Positions 52,948-64,000 of a stretch of DNA of 64,000 bases are shown one piece after another. The DNA is taken from contig CM052816.1 in NCBI GenBank assembly GCA_028534125.1, positions 23,376,001 through 23,440,000 of the forward strand. The letters are read 5' to 3'. The position numbers and the translations under genes are program-made. The DNA is from Lama glama (lineage: Eukaryota). Within the stretch, counting starts at the first letter, position 1; the number at the start of each line of letters is the position of its first letter. The notes beneath the pieces were generated by a model. It saw nothing but the letters and a program-made list of their open reading frames with translations, was not told the origin of the DNA and did no database searches.

Positions 52948-55900
52948 GCATTCACGATATCCTTTTCTATCTGTCGTATTTAAAATAATGATTTACCCTA
53001 GAAAAATCAGCTTGACATATTCATGAATCTATCTTACTAATGAGAAATAATTAGGTTCTACTTAGAAAAACTTCTGTGGAAGAACTTTCATCTTAAAATA
53101 CCAATTCAATGCTTTTTAAAACATTACTAATTAGAACCACCTATTTTGAACTGACAAAATTCTAACTGGAGCTCTATAGAGACACAGGAACTATGCATGT
53201 GAGTAAATAAAATGAGGCACTAAAAAATTTTAAAACAGGTATTTCTGCAATGCATTAATCAGACATTACACTTGGTTAGTTTTATTTACATATAATTGTT
53301 ATTTCTGCAACGGATTATTCAGACTTTGTTTTGTTGTAGTAAACTGTGGAGGTTCTGTTTATCTGCAAGCACACAACCAGAGAACAATATGAAGACCCTG
53401 TGCTAATTATATATAAGTTCCTCTTTCAATAGCTGAACTGCCTATCTGTGAACTGGGCACACTAAAATATTTGCTGGCAATATAATACATTTATGAAGGA
53501 AATGTAACTATCACATTTTAGTTGCTATTAGATGCGTTCAAATCCAAATTATAATGGAGATAGACAAATTTGCACTAATCAGATTAGCTGATAGAATTAT
53601 CTGCCTGGCACTCCTCTAAGCATGTTAATGTTTTTTGACTGTTAACTCTAATTAGAGTTTTACAGGACTCTTAACATCCAAATTCGTGGAATGTAAATGA
53701 GTAGATAAAACCTGTTAGGTTATTTCTGCCATTTGAGATAGCTTACCACTTCAATCTTAACGCATCTCCAAAGTCCTCTTAACCTGCCACACTGCACTGT
53801 CATTCCAGTGTAGACCATCTCTCACAAAGAGTTTCCATCTTCTCACTGATTTTCTAACATTCTCCTAAAATGTGCCTTGGTCTTCATTTATCCACAGTGA
53901 AACTTCATGGTATGGCAGACCCCTTTCAGTCTGAAGGTATGTTTCTTCCTTTATTCCTGATCAATTTTATAACAGTAACTATCATGAAACAGCTGGAGTT
54001 AAGTCTCCTGCTATATTGCCCACAAAACTATTGATGACAATTTGAAATAATTCAGCTCTATTTACTTCTAAATTCTAGTATGGGTAGCAAGTTTATATTT
54101 TCTCATGTAAGGAGTAAGAAAACATTCATACTGGCATTAAGGCCCCATTATTTTATCTCCCAACTAATTCACAGTTATAGCCTATTGAATAATTATTTGA
54201 AATCCAGAAAATCCTGCCTAACCCAATGGCATCTGAGTGTTCCCGGAAAGATGTTAAAGGTAAGGACAGGAAGTGTCCAAGTTTCTGTAATTGGAGCTAA
54301 AAGAGTATTAAAACTCATTCAAGATACGAAGGATATGAAGCCTGACGGATGCAAATGCAGTCTTCAAAGATCATGATCTCTGGAGGTTTCAGAGCCGCGA
54401 GAGTGGCTGCCTTCAAATTTAAGCTTGCACTAGAGTTACCTTGGATTCTTTAAAAATATAATTCTTAATTCTGAGGCTCAATCTGGGATTCTGATTTTAA
54501 ATGGAGAACTCTCAACTCCCTCTACCTTACCCCCTCCGCCATGATTTTAATACAGGTGTCTACACACAAGACTTTTAAATATATGTCATCAAGAAACATG
54601 AGCCAAAAGCCAATGACGTGGGCTCCCTGCAGAAAGTGGCCACAGATTTTAGGTGAAGTCGGGCAGAGATAAGAGGGAAAAGCTGGGGTGAAACATCTTT
54701 ATATGCTTGTGAAGGGAAAAAAATTAAATCTCATTTTCTTAAGCAAATGCAAAAGCTGTTTAAATAATGCCAAAACTGGCCTGGGCTCACCAGCTCCGTA
54801 TCCTGATCATCCGGGTAAAAGCCTAAACAGTTAATAATTTATTGCAGATACATACACATTAATTGCGAAATAAAATCAGCTGGAAAAGGCAAGTACTAAA
54901 CTATCTCATCCCCAAGGACCATCCCAACACTACCATGCAATAATTCTGTATGAATATCTGGGTAGCACTGAAATGGCTGACTTCCCATTTTCTCACTTCT
55001 CTCAGTCAAGGGCTTGGCATTAGCATAAAGATGAGATGGAGACAAGATGATGTGCTCAGTATGGCTGCACCCTACATGCACTCCGCATCAAATCATGGTC
55101 CCACTCGGCTGAGGGAATCTGAAAGCTTCCTTTCAGGAACAACTGCCACCCCGACCTCCGCAAATCAGGATCCAAGAGGGACTACTGGTTCCCCCATTGC
55201 TTTAAAATATGTCAAGAGTACTTCCCGAACTCAACACAGTTCCCATCTATCAGGAACCTGGAACTCCTGTGATTCTTCTTCGTTTTGCAACCACAAAGCC
55301 ATAAAACCATCTGGGTAAAAATGTAATCATAATTAAGGAGAAACATTCACTTGCGTAAGAGCGCAATAAAAATGGGCTCTGTTTTAGTGCTGCATAAAAA
55401 GTTTTGAGACTCCGATAGAGAATTTCCCAAATTTAAAAAAGGATACTATTTTATGATCTAGCTAATAAATTTCAAGTAATCATATTCAAATGAATATTAA
55501 ATAAAGATTACCAAATGAGCAAACGAATAAATTTTATTAAATAAACAAAATTTCTTCTCACAAAATTGGTCCGTGCCTGATGTCTCTCAGGATACTAAGA
55601 CAGAGTAACCTACGATTAAAGGGTTCATTAACTTTTAATGTGTGCTATTGCCCATTCCATCACCATGATGATCCTTTTCACTAGAATTCACTGTATCACT
55701 TCCTTAAAAAATCCTGGAGTATCTGCATATTGGCCACTCTAAATACAGAAACCTCTTTCAGGTGTCACTGTCAGCAGGAACCTTATCATCACCGTTCTAA
55801 ATTTTAATCTGGAAAAACCACAGGATGTCTTAAAGAGATGTGCACTTAAAGTGGATAAGCAAACACTGAACACTTAGGAAATCAAAGAACCGTGAAGAAC

Positions 55901-56549
55901 AAGGACAAGGAGGACAAGCTAAGGCAAAGAAAAGGCTCCCCCAAAACTGTAAAGACACTGAAGCAAGGAACTACTTATCTTTTTGTTCTCTGGGCATTTG
56001 GACAACACATGGATGTAACTAGCCCACTACTCATGAATATTTAGAGTGTTCTTTTCTTGAAAACAACGCTGCAATGAACAGGCTTATACATAAATCGTTT
56101 GCACACATATGACTATTCCTGTAATATTGGTACCTACAAGCAGAAGAGCTACAAAGTAAGCACGTTAAAATTTAAATACATCACACATGACGCGCTGCCA
56201 ATTTACTCTCCTACGGCGTATGAGATTAAGTGTTCCCCAACTATGCCCAATGGATATTGTTAATCTGCATAATCTGTGCCAATCTGACAAACCAAAAATA
56301 ACATTTAAGAAAATTTTCTTTCCCCAGCTTCCCAATAAATTTGGAAAAAACATTTATTTGGTGTTTTTCATTTCCTTTTCAGTATGTCCACAAAAAAGTT
56401 AACAGCGCTTATCTATGGGTAGTAAGCCTACAGATGACTTATTTCACATTTTTTCTAAGCTTTCTATACTCAGCTTGGGTAATTTTGTTATCATCATTTA
56501 CCTTTTTAAAATACTAATAGAAAAAGAGTACTGGAATGTGAAATGAAAA

Positions 56550-57260
56550 AGATGAAAAGCCTAATAGAAAAATGAGCAGAAGATATGAAAAAACAGTTTA
56601 CAGGAAAGGAAATGAGAATAAAAATCTGGAAAGATGATCAGTCTCACCAATAATACAAAAAAAAATGTAAGTTAAAACTACTTGGAGATAATATTTCTTT
56701 GCCTACTAGATTTCACAAACATCAAAACTTTTCATAACACCCAAATCGGTAACAACTGAGGAGAAAGACTCACTCACTTTCTCTGCCGGCCTGACAGTAC
56801 AGTGGCATCACCTCTGTGGGGTGCAGTCAGGCAATATGGCCCCAAATTACCAAGACACACACCCGCTGACAAGAGAACAAGTGACGTAGGCAAAACGGCC
56901 TATCTACAGAGTCCTATTTAATTTAGCACTGTTCATAACCGGAAAATATTGGAATCAATCAAATGTATACCCACACCAAGTGATTAAGGAGATTATGGAG
57001 CATTTTTTCAATCAGATAAAACAGAACTACGAAAAAAGAAAGGAAACTCTTTTCATGCACTCATACATGATAATGTCACATGTCCATGTGAGTGTAAATA
57101 ATATGGCTTTGAAAAGCTCTAAATGTACACATGCATTTATCAGTTTCTGCATCCATTATCTCTAGATCAGATACTGGAAATGAACACCCCGGCTACCTCT
57201 AGGAAGGAATACTGAGTAATAGCTGTGGACGGGTGTTGGAGGAAGACTTCATTACATACT
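56550..57260 (+). mobile_element. Old L1 (L1ME-type) 3' remnant
   Basis: aatagaaaaatgagcagaagatatgaaaaaacagtttacag...tagcactgttcataac. Confidence 0.55.
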
Positions 57261-60200
57261 TTTTGGAAGTTCTGTGTGGTGAAGCTTGAGCCCTTATAAT
57301 ATTGGAAATGATTTTACTCTGCCTCTAGTTTGAGTGGTGGTTTGGTTGAACGCAGGATTCGAAGTCACAGGTCCTCAGAACCCTGAAGCTGTCAACTCAC
57401 GAGCCTCTAGTGTCCACTATGACTGATTCCATCTCTGACGTCAACTTGACATTCATTGTATTGTAAATAACTTTCCTTTATTAAACGTGGAGAACAGTCT
57501 CTTTGTCTTTGACTTTCTAATACTCTGTCAGTGAGTCTAGGTTTGGGGGTCTCTTAACTTCCGCTACTCTGAGTTTGGTGGCTGGTCCTCCAGTCTGAAG
57601 GTGTCTGTCTTCCTTTATCTCTGGGGCAAATTTGCTTCTGATACAAGAAAAGCTCCCTTAACCTCTCCCTCACCAGCACTGGTTACATCAGCCAATTCAT
57701 CTCCAATCACTGAACTAAATGACACTCTGTACACCACCCAGAAAATACGATGACGGGAGCATGCAGTATGCCAAATGCTCACAGCTAGTCCATTCCTCCC
57801 TTGTCTCGCTGCACACAGCTATTTCCACCAGTCAGCCTGTCCGTTCACCAAGAATCAGCTACGTTTGTTTGAATGCACATGGGCACATTTTGTAATTACG
57901 TGATTTAATCAAACACTAGACATTAAAGACAGTGAAGTATGAGTGCAAAAGATGTCTTGCTTCTGTGAAAATTTTGGAAAAATTTAAGATCAAGTTGCTA
58001 AAAAAAACTGTTGTGATTTTATTTGGATGAAACAACTGGAAAAGATTTGAAAGTTTGAAAAGTCCAGGACTCTACACATAAGTTGCTTTACGTTTGTCTT
58101 TTCATTTTTATTCCACATACAGAAATCTATATTGGAAAATGGATTTGGTACATGATGAGTAAGGCTCACCTGGAACACCAGTTACCTGACCTACACTCAC
58201 AGGAGTAGTATCTGGCCTCACATCCAAAGCCTGGCTGATGAAAGCATATTCTGGTGATTTAAATTAGAATATAATGTTTAGGGTATATTAGCATGCATTT
58301 TAAAAACTCTATCCTTTAACTTTTAAAAATTAACTCCCATTAAACAAATGTGGACCTATGATCATGGCTCACAACTTTTCTTTCATAGTTTGCATCCATT
58401 TGTCCTTTAGTATATTATGCTCTGGAATAATTTCTGGGTTTGGTCTTCTAGGTTACAAATTTACATATCAGTTCATCCATGGATTTTTTTTCATTCTAAC
58501 AATCATATAGTTTGAGGTCCACGGTATTTAATCATTTTTTCCTGATAGCACTGTTCCTATTTTCTCTAAGTTTTTTCCATGAATATTTATCCACTCTTAT
58601 TTATCAGTTAAAGCATCCATTTGATCTATTATTTTGTTGCTTCATGTTTTTAATCAGCTGGAGTTTGATGACTCTCTTTTATATGGTTTGGTTTTTTTTT
58701 AACCACTGTGATATTTTTAGGTGTCGGCCTACCTTGTTTTGGTTTCCTGCTTACCTAGCTGTTGCCACTAACTCAGTTACCTGGCTCTTCTCCAATGATT
58801 TGAAGAGTCAGGTGGAACCACCCACTGGATATAGAAAGCCAATGGCCCATCTTTCGAGAGTGGAGGCTCCCCATCCTATGGTGTCACCTATATGCCAGGG
58901 AAACCGCTATCCTATTCTGCCCTTGCTTAGGGACAGACATTTGGCATATGATGCCTGGCATGGACAGACACCAGAAAAAGCCAATGGCACCACCACGCTC
59001 GGGCCCCTTCCACTCCCTGCACTCTCCTGTACCAGAGGCCTCAACATATTTAAGTGTTCCAAGCTTGCCATGGCATCAAATACTTTGATTCAAGGAAGGC
59101 AGTAAATTGAGAAACAATTTAATTTACACAGGATTGTAGATTCTGTATCAAGAGCTAATCAAAATGACTACTGTGTAAAACTCTCAATTTATAAAACTCA
59201 AAATTTAAGTTTTAGCAGTCATCTGTCACTCTGGAAAAATCATCTAAATGTTACTGATGGCCATTTCAAGTTCATCTAAAGGGCCATAGCAAACAACTGT
59301 ACTGATCTAGTTTACCTTAACCCAGTACTTAAGTGTGCTTTATAAAAACAAGCATTTTTGAAGCAAACAATTATTTTACTCTTGCATGGAATTTAATTTG
59401 TTGGGTTTTTTTGTATTTTAATTTTTTAGAGATTACTATTTAAAACATAATAAGTATGGCATGTGTTATATTTTATTCAGTGATTTTTACTGGATGCCTG
59501 CTAAAAACTAGGTATCTTATAATGTTCTGGAAATGAACAGATGAACAAGGTAGTACCATCAAAGCACTTGGATCATACCTACATTTGTACATAACTCAAT
59601 CTATTTTATTTCCCTGTTTATATTAGTGAGCGACAGGCCAGGCTGGGAACTCCTTGAAACATATCAAAGCTTCTTTATCTTCTTTTTTTATTCTCAGTGG
59701 CTACACAACTCAACACCTTGCTCGAAGGAGTCATTCAATAAATATTTAATCACTTAGTATCATGATATTTATGTGCCTATGAGATCTAATAAATGGCTCA
59801 GAAATTATTATTCAGTATTACAGAATAGTAAGAGGAAACAGAAATAGTAAGAACACTTCATACATCAATTGCTAGATATACATGTACAATTTGTGCATTT
59901 TATAAATAGGGGAAATGAGATCCAGAAAGATTAAGCACTTTGAAGAGACAGCCCCCGAACCTGTACCCGAAATCTGCATTCCAGCACCTTTCCCTACACA
60001 GCACAAGTCAGACTGCTATCTGGAGAACGAAGTGGCCAAGCTCAAACATGTTCACCACTTTGCAGTACTGGATACCCGGCTCTCTACTTCCTTTGATGGA
60101 GACTTCTGGAGCCTTTTAAATACGTAATAACTCGAAGAGTGCTGAGTTTAGGCACATGTATTTAAAACTTGCTACTGAGAGAGGGGAAGGGAAGGTGCAC

Positions 60201-61872
60201 TTTGTGATCTACTCTTTCCTGTGCAACTGACAATCAGGAAGTTTCACTAACTAGGAAAAAAATTGACTGCAAACTAAAGACAGTTGTGTTCATAAATAAT
60301 TCACCTTCATATAAAGACATCACGATTCCTGACATTAGAATTACAAGAGCACCCAATTCTAGAAACAGAGAGGAGGAAGAATGTAGTCCTATGATACTCA
60401 ACAGCTGGACAGAAAAAGCCCGCACTTAGCAGACAAGGCTTTGGAGGCCTGTTCTCAGGAGACATTTTAAGATCATCTCCCCTTATTGTATCTTGTGGCC
60501 TCTTCACAGGAATTTTTTATATTTTTTTTTCATTCCCTTGATAGGTCTGCATTTCCACCTCTCCACTCGGTCTCCTCCCTCATTCTAAAACACTCTCAGC
60601 CTTTTTCTGCCTGAGGAAAGGCTCTCCATGCTTCAAAGTCCACTGAAATGCTATCCGCCTTGGGAAGCCTTCCCCACCTCCCCAAGCATGATTTAGCCTC
60701 GGGCCTAACATTTGATTTATCATGCTGGTATGTCACTGTTTCATGACGACAAAACGTACTGTATAAAATATATATGATGTCCTTCTCATCTGTGAGCCCC
60801 TAACACAGAACCTAGAATACATTAAGCATCCAGTAAAATTTTAATTCTATCATCCAGTTTTAATTCGATCACCCAGTCCTCTCATTTTACTTGTGAAAAC
60901 TGAAGCCTAGAGAGGAAAGGGCCTTGTCAAACATCAGGAACAAACCAGTGTCTGAGCTCGGATAACAAATTATGCCTTCTCTTTGCCTAAAACACCCTCG
61001 TAAGCGAAAGGGCTGGCATGGGAGAGTCTGGAGTAACAAACCCGCCCTTCTTGGCTATTTGCCTAACATTTTACTCAAAGTCTGACTGCTATACTATATT
61101 GCTGGCAACGTCAGTTTTCCTCAATAACAAAGACTTCCCAGTTCAGAACATATACATATGTGGCTAATAGGAAAAGTCCAACATGATAAACAGGGAGGTA
61201 TGTCAAACTCCTGTGCAGTCTATGAAAAACCTACTCATAATTCTAACTTTGCTCCTTTAAGTATGGAGAGAAGGCATAGCTCATTTGGAAAATCTGACCA
61301 AAAGCCCACATTTCAACACAGTGAAATGCTTTATCCCCTATTGCTTCTACCACACCAGGAACTTTCTATATGTAATCATTTAATCCCTGGCCAAAAACTG
61401 GTGGACAATGAAATCCCCACAAAATGTTCTCCCCAGTGAAGTGTTCAAACATCAGTTCCACAAAAAACATTTTTAAAAGTTCTTCATGTATTTTTCCATG
61501 CCAGTTTTTTTCACTCATGGCTAAAAATGTCCATATTTGAATATTCATCATTATGAGCATCTGGTAAAATATAGCCCTGTCCAGCATTTTACATCATTTG
61601 ACTACGGGACCTTAGAAGGGCATAGGTAAAAATTTCCAGTTTCATTTTGTTTGGAGTTTTAACCATCTTTTTCCATTTTACGGCTTCGATTGGCTTTGAT
61701 TGTGCCGGTATTTTCTCCTAGTGGATTTTTTTCTCCAAATGAGCAGGTTGCCTTCAGATGAGTCCAGGGGATTTCATCAGCGGCTCACTAGGAACACCAA
61801 AACGCAGCCACCAGCCATATGGGTGTTTACAGCATTTTGTGGGGTTTTGCCTTCAACCAACAGTAAAGTCCA

Positions 61873-61977
61873 TGGTGATGATGGCTGCCCAACAATGTAA
61901 ATGTACTTAACGCCTCTGAACTGTACATATAAATAATGGTTAAAGCCGATTTTTATGCTATGTACATTTTACCACAA
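61873..61977 (+). mobile_element. Short L1MB-type 3' terminus
   Basis: tggtgatgatggctgcccaacaatgtaaatgtacttaacgcctctgaactgtac...tacattttaccaca. TSD-like agtaaagtcca / agtaaaggcca. Confidence 0.75.
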
Positions 61978-62699
61978 AGTAAAGGCCAGCTTACAGGAGG
62001 TAACAATTATCCCAAACCCTGGGTCAAAATGGAGGGGGTAAAATCAAATGATGATCTCTATTGTTCAGACACAGCAAATGGCTTTTACTTTCTAGTTCCA
62101 AAAAGCCTCTTAGGCAGGCTCTCACCCCTGCCATTTTCCTCCATGGAATGGAGAGCAGAAAAGCAACTACTGCCAAATAAAATGTAAACCTTAGAAAAGA
62201 AATGTGAAATCACAGACCCATAACCTTGAAAGGACTGACTGGATTCTAATATCATCCATTAGTCAACTGCTCCCAGCCTTTGAGTTAACTCCTTCTCAAC
62301 TCGTTTCTCACAGCAACAGCGAACAGGTGTCCTGCGTGAGAGTGGATGTGTTTAAATTCCAGACAGCTGTCAGAATGTCATTCCCTAGAGGACTGTTCTG
62401 ACAACTTTGAAGTAGGACTTGGAAAAAAAAACCCAACAAACTATGAGATAACAGATGAGAAACTAGGGGTGAGGGGCCAACAAGGAGGAGACCCAGCAGT
62501 GAGCAGGTTGGCTGTCTTCCAATCTCCTAAAAGACACCACGTGGTGGGCTTATTTTGAAAAACAAAAAGAAAGAAAACCAGTGGGAAGGGTTACAAGGAG
62601 ACAGTTTCACGAGGTATTGCGAAGAAACATAACCATCTAGAAGGAGAGGGCTATTAATGCACCCAATTAGCCTTCAGATTGAGTGAGTGCCCTGGAGAT

Positions 62700-63690
62700 G
62701 TTCCACGGGAGGTAAACGGTGCAGACTCCTGGGTGGTGCGGCCGAGGGCGAAGTTCAGGGCGCACTCTGGAAGGGGATGGGGTGCATGCAAATCAGGCCG
62801 GTCTAGGAGGCGGCGGCGGGGAGTGGCGGGGGGACGTGGGGAGCCGAGGAAGGAAAGGCGCTTACCAGGCCACCTCCGCAGGTACTGAAAGAGGCCAGCG
62901 AGCCGGGGTGCCGCAGCACAGCCCCGGTGTAGAAGCAGGCGGCGTCTGGCGGCGCGGGAGGGCGCGGGGCGGCGGCTGCCCGCGTGGGGCCGGGGCCCGG
63001 ACTCGGACGCTGCTCCACCGCGAAGCGCGGCGCCAGGAAGCGGCCGTCTCTCCGGAGCAGCAGGTACAGGTCCCGGGAGAAGGCCGGGATCCTCAGCAGT
63101 ACCTCTTCGCCGTCCGGCTCGGCTTGCTGGGCCGGGGGCGGAGACGGGGGCGGCTGTGGGGGCGGCGGCGGCTGCCACGAGGCCGGGGCGCCCGGGGACA
63201 GGGCGGCAGCCCCGCTGGCTGCCCGCGGCAGCTCCTGCGATTCGAGCTCCTCGTCCTCTTCGCCCCCCGGCGGCGGGGGCCCGGGCCGGGGCTCAGACCG
63301 GCCTTCGGCGGGCTCCTGGGGCGGCGCCGGGGCCACGGAGCGCACCTCGCGGGAGCTGCCGGCCGTCTGCAGCCGGGCGCCTCCGCCGCCCGTAACGCCG
63401 CGCACCCAGCTCGGGTCAGCGCTCCCCCCGCTGCCGCCGGCCGCATCCACCGGCTCCCGGCGCCAGAGTGCAGGAAACACGACTTCCCACTCCTCGCGGT
63501 CGGGGGCGAACTGCAGCCCTGCGGGCGGGGCAGACAGAGAAGTGCGGGGCTTAAAGTGCCGCGGTTCCAGTAGTACAAGCATCCCCAAGCTCACACTCCG
63601 CGCAGACACAGAGCTCTCGGGTAACGCGCTGGAGACCACCCGTCTAGCCCCTGAAACTCTTGCAACCCCCGAAGCCTAGCGATCAGATTA
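62700..63690. promoter_or_regulatory. CpG island over exon 2 and flanking intron, near the 5' end of ADAMTS19
   Basis: Abrupt shift from AT-rich, CpG-poor DNA to very GC- and CpG-dense DNA. CpG density rises again at 63960-64000. Confidence 0.9.
62866..63518 (-). CDS. ADAMTS19: ADAMTS19 putative exon 2 (Pro/Gly-rich prodomain)
   Basis: Translates LQFAPDREEWEVVFPALWRREP...WQPPPPPQPPPSPPP...EVLLRIPAFSRDLYLLLRRDGRFLAPRF...CFYTGAVLRHPGSLASFSTCGGGL, recognised as the ADAMTS19 prodomain. Acceptor ccgcag|GG, donor CTG|gtaagc. 653 nt, phase 1 to phase 0. Confidence 0.96.
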
Positions 63691-64000
63691 CAAACCCCAG
63701 CATTTTCAAAATAAAAGTACGATTATGGGGGAAAGGGAGGGGGGAGGGGGCCGCAAAGTTTGGTGACAGCATTTAGTTGTTGAAGAGAAAACCGGTACAA
63801 ACACTCCAGCACAACTAAAACTTTTTCTAAGTATCTGCCAGAGCAAGCCACTGCTATCAATTTCTTTACTTGCCAGTTTTCCTCCAGGTGCTGTAAACGT
63901 ACCTTTGCGAATCTTACTAGTCTCTTTGGGGAAAACAGCATTTCACGAGGTCAAAATGAGGCCACGAGAAGCGCGCTTCGCTCGCGAGCGTGACGCTCTC

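Noticed and set aside
58512..59105. 197-aa ORF with hydrophobic N-half
   Set aside because: TTG start, T-rich degenerate repeat-like DNA giving Phe/Leu bias, and no recognisable domain.
63519..63639. N-terminal 40 residues of ORF 62803-63639 as the ADAMTS19 start
   Set aside because: It begins at a non-ATG codon, has no signal peptide and lies upstream of a good splice acceptor at 63519-63520. It is intron 1 read-through.
1..64000. Prokaryotic-type systems (CRISPR, operons, defence islands) or a new gene system
   Set aside because: The sequence is explained by a spliced mammalian gene plus common interspersed repeats. There are no repeat-spacer arrays and no unexplained long coding regions.

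Overview
This is AT-rich mammalian genomic DNA containing the 5' part of ADAMTS19 on the minus strand. Five coding exons (putative exons 2-6) have GT-AG boundaries and splice in one continuous frame. They encode the Pro/Gly-rich prodomain, two furin-type sites and the start of the metalloprotease domain. Exon 1 is inferred to lie beyond base 64000, and exon 7 onward (including the zinc-binding motif) before base 1. Exon 2 sits in a CpG island. The rest is intron (intron 2 is about 43 kb) filled with LINE-1, L2, MIR, MLT1, hAT MITEs and three tRNA-derived vic-1-type SINEs, which suggest a camelid host. There is one 100-N gap. I found no credible new biological system. The most interesting observations are retrotransposition footprints (a twin-primed 5'-inverted L1, an L1 stub nested in a SINE, poly(A)-only insertions with target-site duplications (TSDs), a gap bracketed by a TSD) and a Val at a usually Met position in the ADAMTS19 catalytic domain. 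Repeat family names and most repeat boundaries come from recalled consensus sequences and are approximate.
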